Source of the DNA: an uncultured Thermoleophilia bacterium | GTDB taxonomy: Bacteria > Actinomycetota > Thermoleophilia > UBA2241 | Length of the DNA: 64,000 bases | Direction of reading: 5' to 3' | Assembly (NCBI GenBank): GCA_964533575.1 | Contig: CAZHMG010000005.1 | Span: forward strand, 1,336-65,335 | Shown here: one piece after another, positions 1 through 9,543 of the stretch | Numbering within the stretch: the stretch's first letter is position 1 | How the letters are laid out: the number at the start of each line of letters is the position of its first letter | The notes under the pieces: model-generated | The model's database searches: none | Told to the model about the DNA's origin: nothing | The model's input: the letters and a program-made list of their open reading frames with translations, nothing else | Translations under genes and position numbers: made by a program

Positions 1-1310
1 CCTATCGTCAGACGGAACGCCAGCACATCTACCACGACTACACGCAGCGCCTGCTGGCCACCGGCCACGTGTATCGGTGCTTCTGCACTCCAGAGGAGCT
101 CGAGGCGGAACGTCAGGCGGCGCAAGCAGCCAAGCGCGCCTGGGTCTACGGCGGCAAGTGCCGGTCCCTCCCGAACGAAGAGGTGGAGCAGCGCGTGGCT
201 GCCGGCGAGCTTCACACGATGCGTATGCGCGTGCCTGCCGGCAGGACGGTCTTTCAGGATATGTTGCGCGACCCGGTGGAGTTCGACAACGCCACCATCG
301 GCGATTTCATCGTCCGGCGTTCAGACGGTACGGTGACCTACAACCTCGCCGTGGTGGTGGACGATGTCAGTATGGAGATCACGCACGTCATCCGCGGCGA
401 CGACCACATCAGCAACACGCCCAAGCAGATCATCATCTACGAGGCTCTCGGGGTCCCGGTGCCGCGCTTTCTGCACATGCCCCTGCTCTTCGGCACGGAC
501 AAGAAGAAGCTGAGCAAGCGGCATGGCGCGACCAAGCTGGAGCAACTCACGGCGATGGGTTACCTCGTCGAGGTCGTCCGCAACTACCTGGCCTTTCTGA
601 GTACCGAGTTCGACGAGAGCATGATCACCTGGACACTGGATGATCTGGTGAGGCGCTTTGACGTGGAGAAGCTCGGGACCAGCGCCAGCATCTTCGATCC
701 GGAGAAACTGCGCTGGATGAACGGCCGCTACATCCGCGAGATGCAACGCGACCCCCTGGCGGATCGTATGGTCGTCTATCTCACTCGCGCCGGCTTCTAC
801 AGCGATCCATCGCATCTTTCGGAACGCGCCTCGCCCGGTCCACATGCGCTGTCGGAGGCCATCGAGGATGCTGAGGCCGCCCGCGGCGCCGCCGCCGTCG
901 CGCCGAACGCTCGGCAGGAACTACTGACGCGTGCCCTCGCGCCGCTCGTTCAGGAGAAGATCGAGCTGCTCGGCGACTTCATTCCCCTGGCCGGGTGGTT
1001 CTTCCGGCCGCTGTCTCTTGAGGCTCCGGCGATCGAGAAGCTGTCGGCGATGGCCGGCGCGGCGGAGACTCTGAGTGCCGCGGAGGAGGGCTTGGGGGGT
1101 CTTGACGCCTGGGATCTTCCCGCGATCGAGAGTCTCGTGCGGCAGCTGCCGGGCCGGCTGCAGCAGAAGCCAAAAGATGTGTTCGCGGCGCTGCGCATCG
1201 GCATGAGCGGCCAGAGCGTCACCCCGGGCCTCTTCGAGTCGCTCTTCGTGCTGGGTCGAGACGAATCCGTGGCTCGACTCGCCGCCGCCGCCGCTGCCGT
1301 CCGCTCCTGA
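1..1310 (+). CDS. gltX: glutamate--tRNA ligase, 5'-partial (N-terminus lies upstream of the window)
   Basis: The frame is open from nt 1 (YRQTERQHIYHDYTQRLLATGHVYRCF...). Class I catalytic-core residues VVDDVSMEITHVIRGDDHISNTPKQ and the KMSKS-type motif KLSKRHG are present. The Ala-rich helical C-terminal tail is typical of bacterial GluRS. Confidence 0.85.
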   Translation, partial: YRQTERQHIYHDYTQRLLATGHVYRCFCTPEELEAERQAAQAAKRAWVYGGKCRSLPNEEVEQRVAAGELHTMRMRVPAGRTVFQDMLRDPVEFDNATIGDFIVRRSDGTVTYNLAVVVDDVSMEITHVIRGDDHISNTPKQIIIYEALGVPVPRFLHMPLLFGTDKKKLSKRHGATKLEQLTAMGYLVEVVRNYLAFLSTEFDESMITWTLDDLVRRFDVEKLGTSASIFDPEKLRWMNGRYIREMQRDPLADRMVVYLTRAGFYSDPSHLSERASPGPHALSEAIEDAEAARGAAAVAPNARQELLTRALAPLVQEKIELLGDFIPLAGWFFRPLSLEAPAIEKLSAMAGAAETLSAAEEGLGGLDAWDLPAIESLVRQLPGRLQQKPKDVFAALRIGMSGQSVTPGLFESLFVLGRDESVARLAAAAAAVRS

Positions 1311-1333
1311 GCACTCTTCCCTGTGTGTACTCG

Positions 1334-1888
1334 CTAGCGCTCGTTTGATTCGATCTTGCTGCCGTTCTCTTCCATTCGCACGAGCGCGGCGATCAGATCG
1401 AGCAGTGTGGTGATTTGGGCGTCTGGAGAGGGAGAGCCCGCGGGACGTGCGGCGAGCGAAGGGTTGAACCACACCGTCCTCATACCGGCAGCCAACGCTC
1501 CGGCTATGTCATTCTCCCATGAATCGCCCACCATGACGGCCGTCCGCGGTTCCGGCTCGCAGCCCTGAAAGGCGACGCGCAGCGCGGTCTGAAAGAAGGC
1601 TGGATCGGGCTTCGCGGCGCCGGCCTCGCGCGAGGTCACGACGTCATCGACGAACGTGTCGAGGCCCACTCGCGCGAGCGCCCTACGCACGAGGACGGCA
1701 TCAGAGGCTTCGGCATTGGTTGCGACGAGCAACCTGCGGCGAGAATGAAGTGTTCGTAGCACTTCCCGCGCCCCCGGCAGGGCCTCCACGAACCGGCGAT
1801 CCGCCATCGGCCCCACGCTGCCGTCGTCGATCATCAGCGTGTTGCCCCAGTCGAAGAGCACGACGGTGATCGGCGACGGCGCCAGCAT
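1334..1888 (-). CDS. HAD-superfamily hydrolase
   Basis: N-terminal motif I VVLFDWGNTLM (DxG) and C-terminal VMVGDSWENDIAGALAAGMRTVWF (motif IV) are present. Confidence 0.7.
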   Translation of the reverse strand: MLAPSPITVVLFDWGNTLMIDDGSVGPMADRRFVEALPGAREVLRTLHSRRRLLVATNAEASDAVLVRRALARVGLDTFVDDVVTSREAGAAKPDPAFFQTALRVAFQGCEPEPRTAVMVGDSWENDIAGALAAGMRTVWFNPSLAARPAGSPSPDAQITTLLDLIAALVRMEENGSKIESNER

Positions 1889-1897
1889 GAGCGCTCG

Positions 1898-2686
1898 TTA
1901 CGCGCGACGGCGGTGGCCGAAGCGGCGGGAGAGCGGGGAGGCCAGGCGGAAGCGCGCTCGCGGAAGCTTGTCGAGTGTGGCGGGCAGCTCATCGAATTCG
2001 CGGACGAGAGCTTCGGCGGTTGAATGCGCGGCGTCGCGATCGTTCGCGCCGACGAAGTGAACGGCCATCATGCCGGCGGCCTGTGCGCCGGCTATGTCGG
2101 TGCGCTGGATGTCGCCAACGTGGGCCGCCTCCCGCGGCTTGACGCCGAGCTGCCCGAGCGTCCGCTTGAACACGCGCGCGTCAGGCTTGCTCATGCCGTG
2201 TTCATTGGAGAAGTAGAGATAGTCGAAGTAACCGAGCAGGTTGTGATGTTCCATCAGTCGGCGCAGGACGCTTCCGGGGGAGTAGCCCGTGTCGCAGATG
2301 AGGGCGAGTCGGTACCGGACGGCGAGGATTCCCAGAACGTCCCCGGCTCCCCGAGTGGGTTCCGGAGGAAGCTCGAGAATCATCTCCTCGAACTGCTCCA
2401 CGACGCGGCTGTACGACGGCGCCGGAAGCCGCTGGTCGAGGGCAGCGAGCACACTGTCGACGATCTCGGGGCAGAGAGGCGTGCGGTGTTCGTCGAGCCA
2501 GACTTGGTCAAAGAACCCGAAACCTGTCCTCAGCGCCTCTTCGATCACGGGGACGGCGGGAGCAGGGCTTCGTCCGTACCGCTTGAGCTCCTCGATGAGG
2601 ACGTCGGCCCGGCGGCGCTCCCGCTCTCTTCCGTTGACGTCCGTGAAGAGCGTGTTCCAGAAGTCGAAGGTGACGGCTTTGAGCAT
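1898..2686 (-). CDS. HAD-superfamily hydrolase (tandem paralog of the preceding gene)
   Basis: VTFDFWNTLF motif I and HVGDIQRTDIAGAQAAGMMAVHF motif IV are present. Confidence 0.7.
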   Translation of the reverse strand: MLKAVTFDFWNTLFTDVNGRERERRRADVLIEELKRYGRSPAPAVPVIEEALRTGFGFFDQVWLDEHRTPLCPEIVDSVLAALDQRLPAPSYSRVVEQFEEMILELPPEPTRGAGDVLGILAVRYRLALICDTGYSPGSVLRRLMEHHNLLGYFDYLYFSNEHGMSKPDARVFKRTLGQLGVKPREAAHVGDIQRTDIAGAQAAGMMAVHFVGANDRDAAHSTAEALVREFDELPATLDKLPRARFRLASPLSRRFGHRRRA

Positions 2687-3474
2687 GAACCAAGAGTACC
2701 AGACGCCGACTTGGGCTCAGGCGAGCGCCGTGACAGGCGTGCCAGCCTGATGCTCAACCGGTCACGCCTGTCCTGTGTCACTTCCCCGAGCGTCAGCATG
2801 GCGAGGGCGACGATGATCAGAGCCATGCCTGCGGCCTCCACCGGCGCCGGCCGCTCGCCCAGATGGATCCAGGCAGCAGCCACGCCGACAACGGGCACCG
2901 CGAGCGTCCCGATGCCCGCGCTGCCTGCGGAAAGCGCCCCCAGGGCGAATAGCCAGAGCACCCAGGCGGCGCCGTTGGCGAGCAGAACGTTGTACGCCAG
3001 GACCGCGACAAAGGCGCCGTTCCACGCCGGCGGCGTATAGGTGAAGGCGGCGATCGCGATGAGAATTGGCGTGCCCAGAAGCATTTGCCAAGCCGTCAGC
3101 GACAGCACGTCCACTTCGTGACGGCGATGCAGCTCCTTGGCCGCGACAGCGCTGCCGGCCCAGCACAAGCCCCCGGCAACCGCCATCAGGCTGGGCAGGA
3201 CCTGGTCAATTCGCCAAGGGCTGACGACGAGGACCAGGCCGGCAAAGGCCAGTCCGACAGCCGGACCCTGGAGTCCGCGAACACGTTCTCCGAGAAAGGC
3301 CCAAGCAAGCAGCAGCAGCCAGAACGGCATCGTGTATGTGAGGATCGACGCCTTGCCGGCACCCGTGTGGGCAAGAGCCCACATGGTGAAGCTGATGAAT
3401 CCTCCCGTTTGAAGAAGGCCCACGACGAACGTGAGGCCCGGAGCCACCAGGCGTATGGGGCGGCGCAGCGCCAT
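2545..3474 (-). CDS. EamA/DMT-family transporter; real start probably lies upstream of the first ATG
   Basis: Multiple hydrophobic helices with an EamA-like pattern (LTAWQMLLGTPILIAIAAF, GAAWVLWLFALGAL) are present. In-frame translation upstream of the ATG at 3474 continues as a typical EamA TM1 (LGAAALAALALIWGYGWTVTKVGLDYVEPYTFAALRS) back to a stop at 3694-3696, with no ATG or GTG in that stretch. A Ser/Thr/Pro-rich C-terminal tail overlaps the HAD gene start by about 140 nt. Confidence 0.6.
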   Translation of the reverse strand: MALRRPIRLVAPGLTFVVGLLQTGGFISFTMWALAHTGAGKASILTYTMPFWLLLLAWAFLGERVRGLQGPAVGLAFAGLVLVVSPWRIDQVLPSLMAVAGGLCWAGSAVAAKELHRRHEVDVLSLTAWQMLLGTPILIAIAAFTYTPPAWNGAFVAVLAYNVLLANGAAWVLWLFALGALSAGSAGIGTLAVPVVGVAAAWIHLGERPAPVEAAGMALIIVALAMLTLGEVTQDRRDRLSIRLARLSRRSPEPKSASGTLGSCSKPSPSTSGTRSSRTSTEESGSAAGPTSSSRSSSGTDEALLPPSP

Positions 3475-3689
3475 CAGCAGGACGAACAGGCAGCCAACGG
3501 AGAGGACGGAACGCAGAGCCGCAAAAGTGTAGGGCTCGACGTAGTCGAGCCCTACTTTCGTGACCGTCCAGCCGTAGCCCCATATGAGGGCAAGCGCGGC
3601 GAGCGCCGCCGCTCCCAGCTCACGACGTCCTGCATTCCGGGGAGGACCAGATGGTGTCGCGATCGTACTAGCCGCGGATAAGGTGCGGT

Positions 3690-3866
3690 TCAGTCAGAGC
3701 GCGACTCGCGCTTCTGATGAAGGATGGCGACGAGGTCCTCCAGCTGCCATACCCTCTGATGCAGCTCCTCGATTACCTGCCGTTGCTGGCGAACATGCGC
3801 TTCAAGCCGAAGGAGGCGCCAGAAGATGACCCCGAAGAGTATGAGCACCGCGACAACCAGCACCAT
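3690..3866 (-). CDS. small hypothetical membrane/coiled-coil protein
   Basis: The 58-aa ORF MVLVVAVLILFGVIFWRLL... has one TM helix followed by a charged heptad-like segment. It ends 4 nt before the extended EamA frame. There is no recognisable family. Confidence 0.25.
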   Translation of the reverse strand: MVLVVAVLILFGVIFWRLLRLEAHVRQQRQVIEELHQRVWQLEDLVAILHQKRESRSD

Positions 3867-4264
3867 GAGCGTTTCCTCGCAGTTCCTGCGGCTCGCTCCG
3901 TCATCGAAGCGGGCAACTCCTTGCCTGATTGTACCCAATTGCCGTCACGAGGCGACGGGCCTGTTAGTGGACCAATGGCGGCCACGGCAGCCGTAGAGGC
4001 GTGCCGGGAGTTCTTCCAGCTCACGTCGTCGCCGGTCATTGGTGCTGTCGGGCATGAGGCACGCGAAGCGCCGGCCGCGTGTTAATGCACACGTATTTCC
4101 AGAAGGCACAGGGGTGTGCTCGGCCTTTTCGCTGCGGCTGCGGGCTACGCGGGCGACGACGGACCGCCGAGCGTGTACACTGGGATCCCGTCTGGCCATG
4201 CGCTGGTCCCGGCATGGGGCTTCGCCTCCCAGACGGCCACCGTCCCTGCCCCGAAAGAAAGCCC

Positions 4265-6241
4265 GTGACCGTGCACGCCGTCGAAAGAATCCGCAATCTG
4301 GCGATCATCGCCCACATCGATCACGGCAAGACGACGCTGATCGACAGTATCTTCCGCGCCGCTCATGTCTTCAGAGCGAACGCCGCGGTCGAGGAACGTG
4401 TCATGGACAGCAACGTGCTCGAGCGCGAGCGCGGCATCACCATCCGGGCCAAGCACTGCACGGTCGAGTGGGACGATCACCTGATCAACATCATCGACAC
4501 GCCGGGTCATGCCGACTTCTCAGGCGAGGTGGAGCGCGTGTTGAGTATGGTCGACTCGGTACTGCTCCTCGTGGACGCGAACGAAGGGCCGATGCCGCAG
4601 ACCCGCTACGTTCTCATGAGAGCCCTGCGGCTCGGTCTGCGGCCAATCGTCATCGTGAACAAGGCCGACCGGCCGAACGCGGACCCCTCTGGCGCCCTCG
4701 ACAAGACGTTCGATCTGTTCGTCGAACTCGGTGCGGACAATCGCCAACTCGACTTCCCTGTCCTGTACGGATCAGGGCTCGAGGGCTGGATCGTCGGCGA
4801 TCTCGACGAGTACCAGCGGGAGGAGCACGATCGCGAGGAGCATCTGCGCGACGGCAGCGGCGAGCTGTCCGCGGCTCTGCGCGCGGAACTCGCCGAGGTC
4901 GGCATGAACGATCTCTTCGCGACGATCATCGCGGAGGTGCCGGCGCCGGACGTGGATCAGGACGCGCCGTTCCTCATGCAGGTGAGCACGCTCGCGTGGA
5001 GCGACTACATCGGCCGTATCGACTGTGGCCGTGTTCTTCACGGCCGACTTAAGGTCGGCGACGAGCTCAGGCGCATCGCGACGCGCCCGCTGCGGGCGAC
5101 GCCCGATCAGATGTCGACTGATGACGAGTGGGAGGTTGCCGGGGATGAGTCGGCGAGAGTGACGCACTTGTGGGTGACCCGCGGCCTCGAGAACCAGGAG
5201 GTCGACGAGGTGGCCGCCGGGGATATCGTCTGGCTCGCCGGTCCAGCCGAGATCACGCTCGGCGACACACTGGCCGCGGCCGGTTCCGACTCAGCGGCTG
5301 TGGCTCTGCCTCCCCTGGCCATCGAAGAGCCGACCGTCTCGATGTTCTTCCTCGTCAATAACGGGCCGTTCGCGGGCCGGGATGGACGGGCGGTCACGCT
5401 GCGCCAGATCAAGGAGCGGCTGGAGCGCGAGCTCCGCGTCAACGTCGCTCTACGCGTCGAGGATCTCGGGCGACCCGACGGCGTCAAGGTCAGCGGCCGA
5501 GGCGAGCTCCACCTCGCCATTCTCATCGAGGAGATGCGACGCGAAGGCATGGAAGTGTGTGTTTCGCGCCCCGAGGTGATCACGCAGCGGGACGGACGCG
5601 GCGGCCTCCTGGAGCCCATCGAGCACCTGCTCATCGATGTCCCCGAGGAGTATCAGGGCGCCGTCATCCAGGAGATCACGCTCCGCAAGGGGGAGCTCGT
5701 CGCCATGGAGTCCAGCGGCACCGGGCTCATACGCATGGAGTTCACGATCTGTACTCGCGGCCTCATCGGGTACAGAAACGACTTCCTCACTGAGACGCGA
5801 GGTCTGGGGGTGATGAGTTCGCGCTTCACGGGGTACGGGCCATGGAGGGGCGAGCTTTCCGGTCGCGATCGAGGCTCCCTCGTCAGTCAGGCCGCGGGCG
5901 AAGCGGCTTCGTATGCGCTGGAGAACCTCCAGCTGCGGGCGACGCTCTTCATCAATCCGATGGACCCCGTCTACGAGGGCATGATCGTGGGTGAGAACTC
6001 ACGCGCCGACGACATGCTCTGCAATCCGACCAAGCGCAAGCAGCTCGGCAACTATCGCTCCTCCACCAAGGACATCGACGCCGGACTCAAAGTGCCGCGC
6101 CCTCTCACTCTCGAGTCGGCGCTGGAGTGGATCTCCGACGACGAGCTGGTCGAAGTGACGCCGGCAACAGTGCGCGTCCGAAAGCACATACTGAGCGCCG
6201 AGGATCGCAAGAAGGCGGAGAGGCGCGGCGCTCAGGCCTGA
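4265..6241 (+). CDS. typA: translational GTPase TypA/BipA
   Basis: G1 motif [26 protein letters not shown], and an EF-G-like domain organisation are present. A GTG start was chosen at the [15 protein letters not shown] alignment; the first ATG of the ORF (4079) adds a non-homologous Arg-rich leader. Confidence 0.9.
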   Translation: MTVHAVERIRNLAIIAHIDHGKTTLIDSIFRAAHVFRANAAVEERVMDSNVLERERGITIRAKHCTVEWDDHLINIIDTPGHADFSGEVERVLSMVDSVLLLVDANEGPMPQTRYVLMRALRLGLRPIVIVNKADRPNADPSGALDKTFDLFVELGADNRQLDFPVLYGSGLEGWIVGDLDEYQREEHDREEHLRDGSGELSAALRAELAEVGMNDLFATIIAEVPAPDVDQDAPFLMQVSTLAWSDYIGRIDCGRVLHGRLKVGDELRRIATRPLRATPDQMSTDDEWEVAGDESARVTHLWVTRGLENQEVDEVAAGDIVWLAGPAEITLGDTLAAAGSDSAAVALPPLAIEEPTVSMFFLVNNGPFAGRDGRAVTLRQIKERLERELRVNVALRVEDLGRPDGVKVSGRGELHLAILIEEMRREGMEVCVSRPEVITQRDGRGGLLEPIEHLLIDVPEEYQGAVIQEITLRKGELVAMESSGTGLIRMEFTICTRGLIGYRNDFLTETRGLGVMSSRFTGYGPWRGELSGRDRGSLVSQAAGEAASYALENLQLRATLFINPMDPVYEGMIVGENSRADDMLCNPTKRKQLGNYRSSTKDIDAGLKVPRPLTLESALEWISDDELVEVTPATVRVRKHILSAEDRKKAERRGAQA

Positions 6242-6339
6242 TCGCCGCGAGGCTTTGGCGATCGCTGCGCTGCCCCCTCCTCTGCCATCATGATGGAAGC
6301 CTGGGTGCACATGGAGGCCGGAGGGGGGATACCCCTGGC

Positions 6340-7011
6340 ATGAACCAGGATGGGATGAAGCGGCGTGCCGCCGGCGCCGCGCTCGAGTTCGTTCGCTCGG
6401 GCATGATTCTCGGCATCGGCAGCGGCAGCACGGCGGCGGTGTTCGTTGAGGTGCTCGCCGCTTCCGGCGTGCTGCCCGACACCGTGATCCCGGCCTCGTC
6501 GGCGACGTCCGCCCAACTGCGCGCTGTCGGCCTTCCGGTTGTCGAGCTCGCCCAAGCGCCCGCGCCGTCCGTCTACGTGGACGGCGCCGATCAAGCCGAT
6601 CCGCAGTTGCGTCTGCTCAAGGGGCTTGGAGGAGCCCAGACACGCGAGAAGCTCTTGGCGACCCTCGCGCCCCTGTTCGTTTGCATCGTCGACGAGAGCA
6701 AGCTCGCGGGGCGACTCGGCGATGCGCCAATCTCCCTCGAGGTGTTGCCCGTGGCGCGCCTCGCGGTCGAAAAGGAGCTGGCCAAGCGTGGAGCAAAAGC
6801 AGTCGTCCGCCCGACACTGTCGGATGACCGCAACCTCCTGCTGGACGTGTTCAGCCTGGAGATCGACGATCCTGAGGCCCTGGAGCTAGATCTCCAGGGC
6901 CTCCCGGGCGTAGTCTCCTGTGGCATCTTCGCGCACCGGCGTGCCGACGTCCTGCTCTGTGGGTGCCGCTCAGGCGAGGTGACGGTCACGAGGTCTTCGT
7001 CTTCGCCCTGA
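6340..7011 (+). CDS. rpiA: ribose-5-phosphate isomerase A
   Basis: GIGSGSTAAVFVEVLA, VDGADQADPQLRLLKGLGGAQTREK and a RpiA-like length (about 224 aa) from the ATG at 6340 are present. Confidence 0.85.
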   Translation: MNQDGMKRRAAGAALEFVRSGMILGIGSGSTAAVFVEVLAASGVLPDTVIPASSATSAQLRAVGLPVVELAQAPAPSVYVDGADQADPQLRLLKGLGGAQTREKLLATLAPLFVCIVDESKLAGRLGDAPISLEVLPVARLAVEKELAKRGAKAVVRPTLSDDRNLLLDVFSLEIDDPEALELDLQGLPGVVSCGIFAHRRADVLLCGCRSGEVTVTRSSSSP

Positions 7012-8173
7012 CCTCGTTGAACACCATGATGCTGCCGCCGTAACAGCACACCCAGATGCTCCCGGTCGGCGCATCGTAGGTGATGCCTATCGGCGCCGGG
7101 TTCGTATTCACGACCTGCGTCACCTTCATGTCACGGGTACGGACCTTGCTCATTGTGTTGGACGTGTAGTTGACGACGAAGAGGGCCGTCCCGTCCGGAG
7201 ATATCGTCATGCTCCGAGGCTCACTCCCCGTGGCGACCTTGATCACGTCGCGAGTTTGTAGGTTGATGCGGGCGATCTTGCCTTCGCCGTTCAATGTCGC
7301 GTAGAGGTACGCATCATCCGGGCTCATGACGAGGTGGCGCGGCTGGGCGCCGACGTTCCTGATCCAGTCCAGCGCGTATGTGCGCAGATCGATACGGGCG
7401 ATGTCGGCGCCCCCCATCATCGCGACGTAGGCGTACTGGGCTCGCGAGTCGACGGCGATGCCACGCGGATACGGACCGAGGTAGATGCTCTTCACCTGTT
7501 TCCCGGTCGCTGTATCGACCACGCTCAAGGTGTATGAGCACCAGTTGCTGACCAGCAAGGTCTTTCCGTCCGGGGTCACAGCCAGGAACTTGGGCACGGC
7601 CCCGACCTTGATCACCTGATCGATCGTCAAGGTGTCCAGCGGGATGCGGTAGACGAAGCTGTCGTCCACACCGCTGTCCGGAGAGCAGACATCGCCGCCG
7701 GGGTGTGAGAAGCCTTCTCCGAACATGGAGTACTGAGAGACGTACATGAAGCGGTGGTCAGGCGATTCCGCGGCCTCGACGGGCGCTCCCTGCACAACCT
7801 CGGTCAGCTTGGGATAGCCGAAGTCAGAGAGCTTCACCGCGTCATCGATGGTCTTGACGACCTGGAGGCTGCTCGTGTCGTACACGGTCATGGTGTGGCG
7901 ATACATCATGTTCTGCGCGAAGACATAGCCGTTTCCCGTGGATACCACCGACTTCGGCGAGATCTTCTGGCTGGCGATCACCTCACGGAGGCGGAGACGC
8001 AGTTTGGCGGAAGGGCCGGCGGCGGAAGCCGCAGCGCTGGTGCTGGGAGACGGGGAAGCCGTGGCGGCGGGAGGAGCGTTGTCGCCGCGAACCACGGCCA
8101 TGACGACAGCTGTCGACGCGGCGACTATCAGCAGAATGAGCAGGAGCGCAGCCAGCCGCCGGCGCCGGTACAT
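6986..8173 (-). CDS. membrane-anchored YVTN-family beta-propeller repeat protein
   Basis: There is an N-terminal signal/TM segment (LAALLLILLIVAASTAVVMA) and a Pro/Ala/Ser linker. Repeated propeller blades of about 40 residues follow (YVSQYS..., LAVTPDGKTLLVSNWCSYTLSVVD, YATLNGEGKIARINL, MTISPDGTALFVVNYTSNTMS). Confidence 0.6.
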   Translation of the reverse strand: MYRRRRLAALLLILLIVAASTAVVMAVVRGDNAPPAATASPSPSTSAAASAAGPSAKLRLRLREVIASQKISPKSVVSTGNGYVFAQNMMYRHTMTVYDTSSLQVVKTIDDAVKLSDFGYPKLTEVVQGAPVEAAESPDHRFMYVSQYSMFGEGFSHPGGDVCSPDSGVDDSFVYRIPLDTLTIDQVIKVGAVPKFLAVTPDGKTLLVSNWCSYTLSVVDTATGKQVKSIYLGPYPRGIAVDSRAQYAYVAMMGGADIARIDLRTYALDWIRNVGAQPRHLVMSPDDAYLYATLNGEGKIARINLQTRDVIKVATGSEPRSMTISPDGTALFVVNYTSNTMSKVRTRDMKVTQVVNTNPAPIGITYDAPTGSIWVCCYGGSIMVFNEVRAKTKTS

Positions 8174-8258
8174 CCGCGCCTTTCTGGCCCGCTGCCGGTC
8201 TCGCGAGGAACACTGATCCATCGGCGGCCAGTCTAGCACCCGTCGGCGTCGCGACGCT

Positions 8259-9386
8259 TCAGCGCAGGGCGGCGGCGAGGCGCCGCAACCCCTCCTTCAG
8301 CATCGGGCGCGGGCACGCGAAGTTGAAGCGAAGGAACGAAGGATCGCCGAAGGCGGCGCCGGGCGACGGGGCGACACCGGCGTCCAGGCAGGCCTGCATC
8401 GGATCGGCAGCGGGAACGCGACCGACGTCGAGCCAGGCCAGGTAAGTCGCCTCCACATGACTCATCCCGACGTTCGGCAGCGACGTCGCCACAAACTGCT
8501 CGACCATGTCGCGGTTGCCCCGCAGATAGTCGAGCAGTTCACGCAGCCAGACATCACCGTCCCGGTAGGCCGCCTCCGCGGCGGCAAGAGCAAAGCAGCC
8601 GGGATAGGGCAGCAGTCCCTTGCCGGCGTTCTGAAAGCGCTTGCGCAGAGCGGGATCAGTGATGACCGCAAACGCAAAATTCAGCCCGGGGAGATTGTAC
8701 GTCTTGCTCGGCGACATCAACGTGATGACGGAGCTGCCGGCGTCATCTGCGAGAACGGCGGACGGCGCGTGGACGGGCAGGTCCAGGAGTAGGTCGCAGT
8801 GGACCTCGTCAGAGCACAACAGAATCTGATGACGACGGCAGAAGTCAACGATGGCGGCCAGCTCGTGAGCCTCCCAAGCCCTTCCCAGAGGGTTGTGAGG
8901 ATGGCAGAAGAGGAGGACCCTGGTGTTCCGTGTCACTGCCTTTTCCATGGCGGCGAGGGGGAGCCTCCAGCGGCCATTCTCGCATGCCGCCTGCACGGTG
9001 ATCAGCCTGCGACTGGCGGCGAGTGGTGCGGTCAGGAACGGCGGATAGACCGGAGTGATCGTCATCACCTCGTCGCCGGGCTCTCCAGCCGCGGCACAGG
9101 CCAAGGTGATGCCGGTGACGAGACTCGGCAGCCAGACCAGTGACTCGGGCGCGATGCGCCAGCGGTAGCGCTTCTCCAGATGCGCAACAATCGCCTGCAC
9201 CAGCGAATCCGGGACGACGGAGTATCCGAAGACGCCGTGCCCCGCACGGGCCCGCAGTGCGTCGACGACCGGCGGGGGCGACCTGAAGTCCATATCCGCC
9301 ACCCAGAATGGAAGGACGTCAGCGGGGTAGCGCTCCCACTTGAGACTGCCCGACCCGCGGCGTCTAACCGGATCGTCGAAGTCCAT
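8259..9386 (-). CDS. PLP-dependent aminotransferase class I/II, MalY/PatB-type C-S lyase
   Basis: The PLP-lysine region SPSKTYNLPGLNFAFAV is present. An N-terminal KWERYPADVLPFWVADMDF motif is typical of MalY/PatB beta-cystathionases. The start was chosen at MDFDDPVRRR. Confidence 0.75.
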   Translation of the reverse strand: MDFDDPVRRRGSGSLKWERYPADVLPFWVADMDFRSPPPVVDALRARAGHGVFGYSVVPDSLVQAIVAHLEKRYRWRIAPESLVWLPSLVTGITLACAAAGEPGDEVMTITPVYPPFLTAPLAASRRLITVQAACENGRWRLPLAAMEKAVTRNTRVLLFCHPHNPLGRAWEAHELAAIVDFCRRHQILLCSDEVHCDLLLDLPVHAPSAVLADDAGSSVITLMSPSKTYNLPGLNFAFAVITDPALRKRFQNAGKGLLPYPGCFALAAAEAAYRDGDVWLRELLDYLRGNRDMVEQFVATSLPNVGMSHVEATYLAWLDVGRVPAADPMQACLDAGVAPSPGAAFGDPSFLRFNFACPRPMLKEGLRRLAAALR

Positions 9387-9543
9387 GGCGCGCTCCTCAT
9401 CGGCTCTGACCGTCGACACCGTATCAGACGCGGCCCCGCCGGGGCGACGCCGGCATGGCCGGTCCTGTATCCTTGACGCCATCTCTGGCACACCGTTCGG
9501 CTGCGGGTCTGACCGCTACCGGCGGTCCGTAAGAAGGAAGCTC

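Noticed and set aside
4039-5052. 337-aa ORF and the ATG-initiated N-terminal extension (4079) of typA
   Set aside because: The homology to TypA begins at the GTG at 4265. Upstream residues are Arg/Gly/Cys-rich junk in the promoter region.
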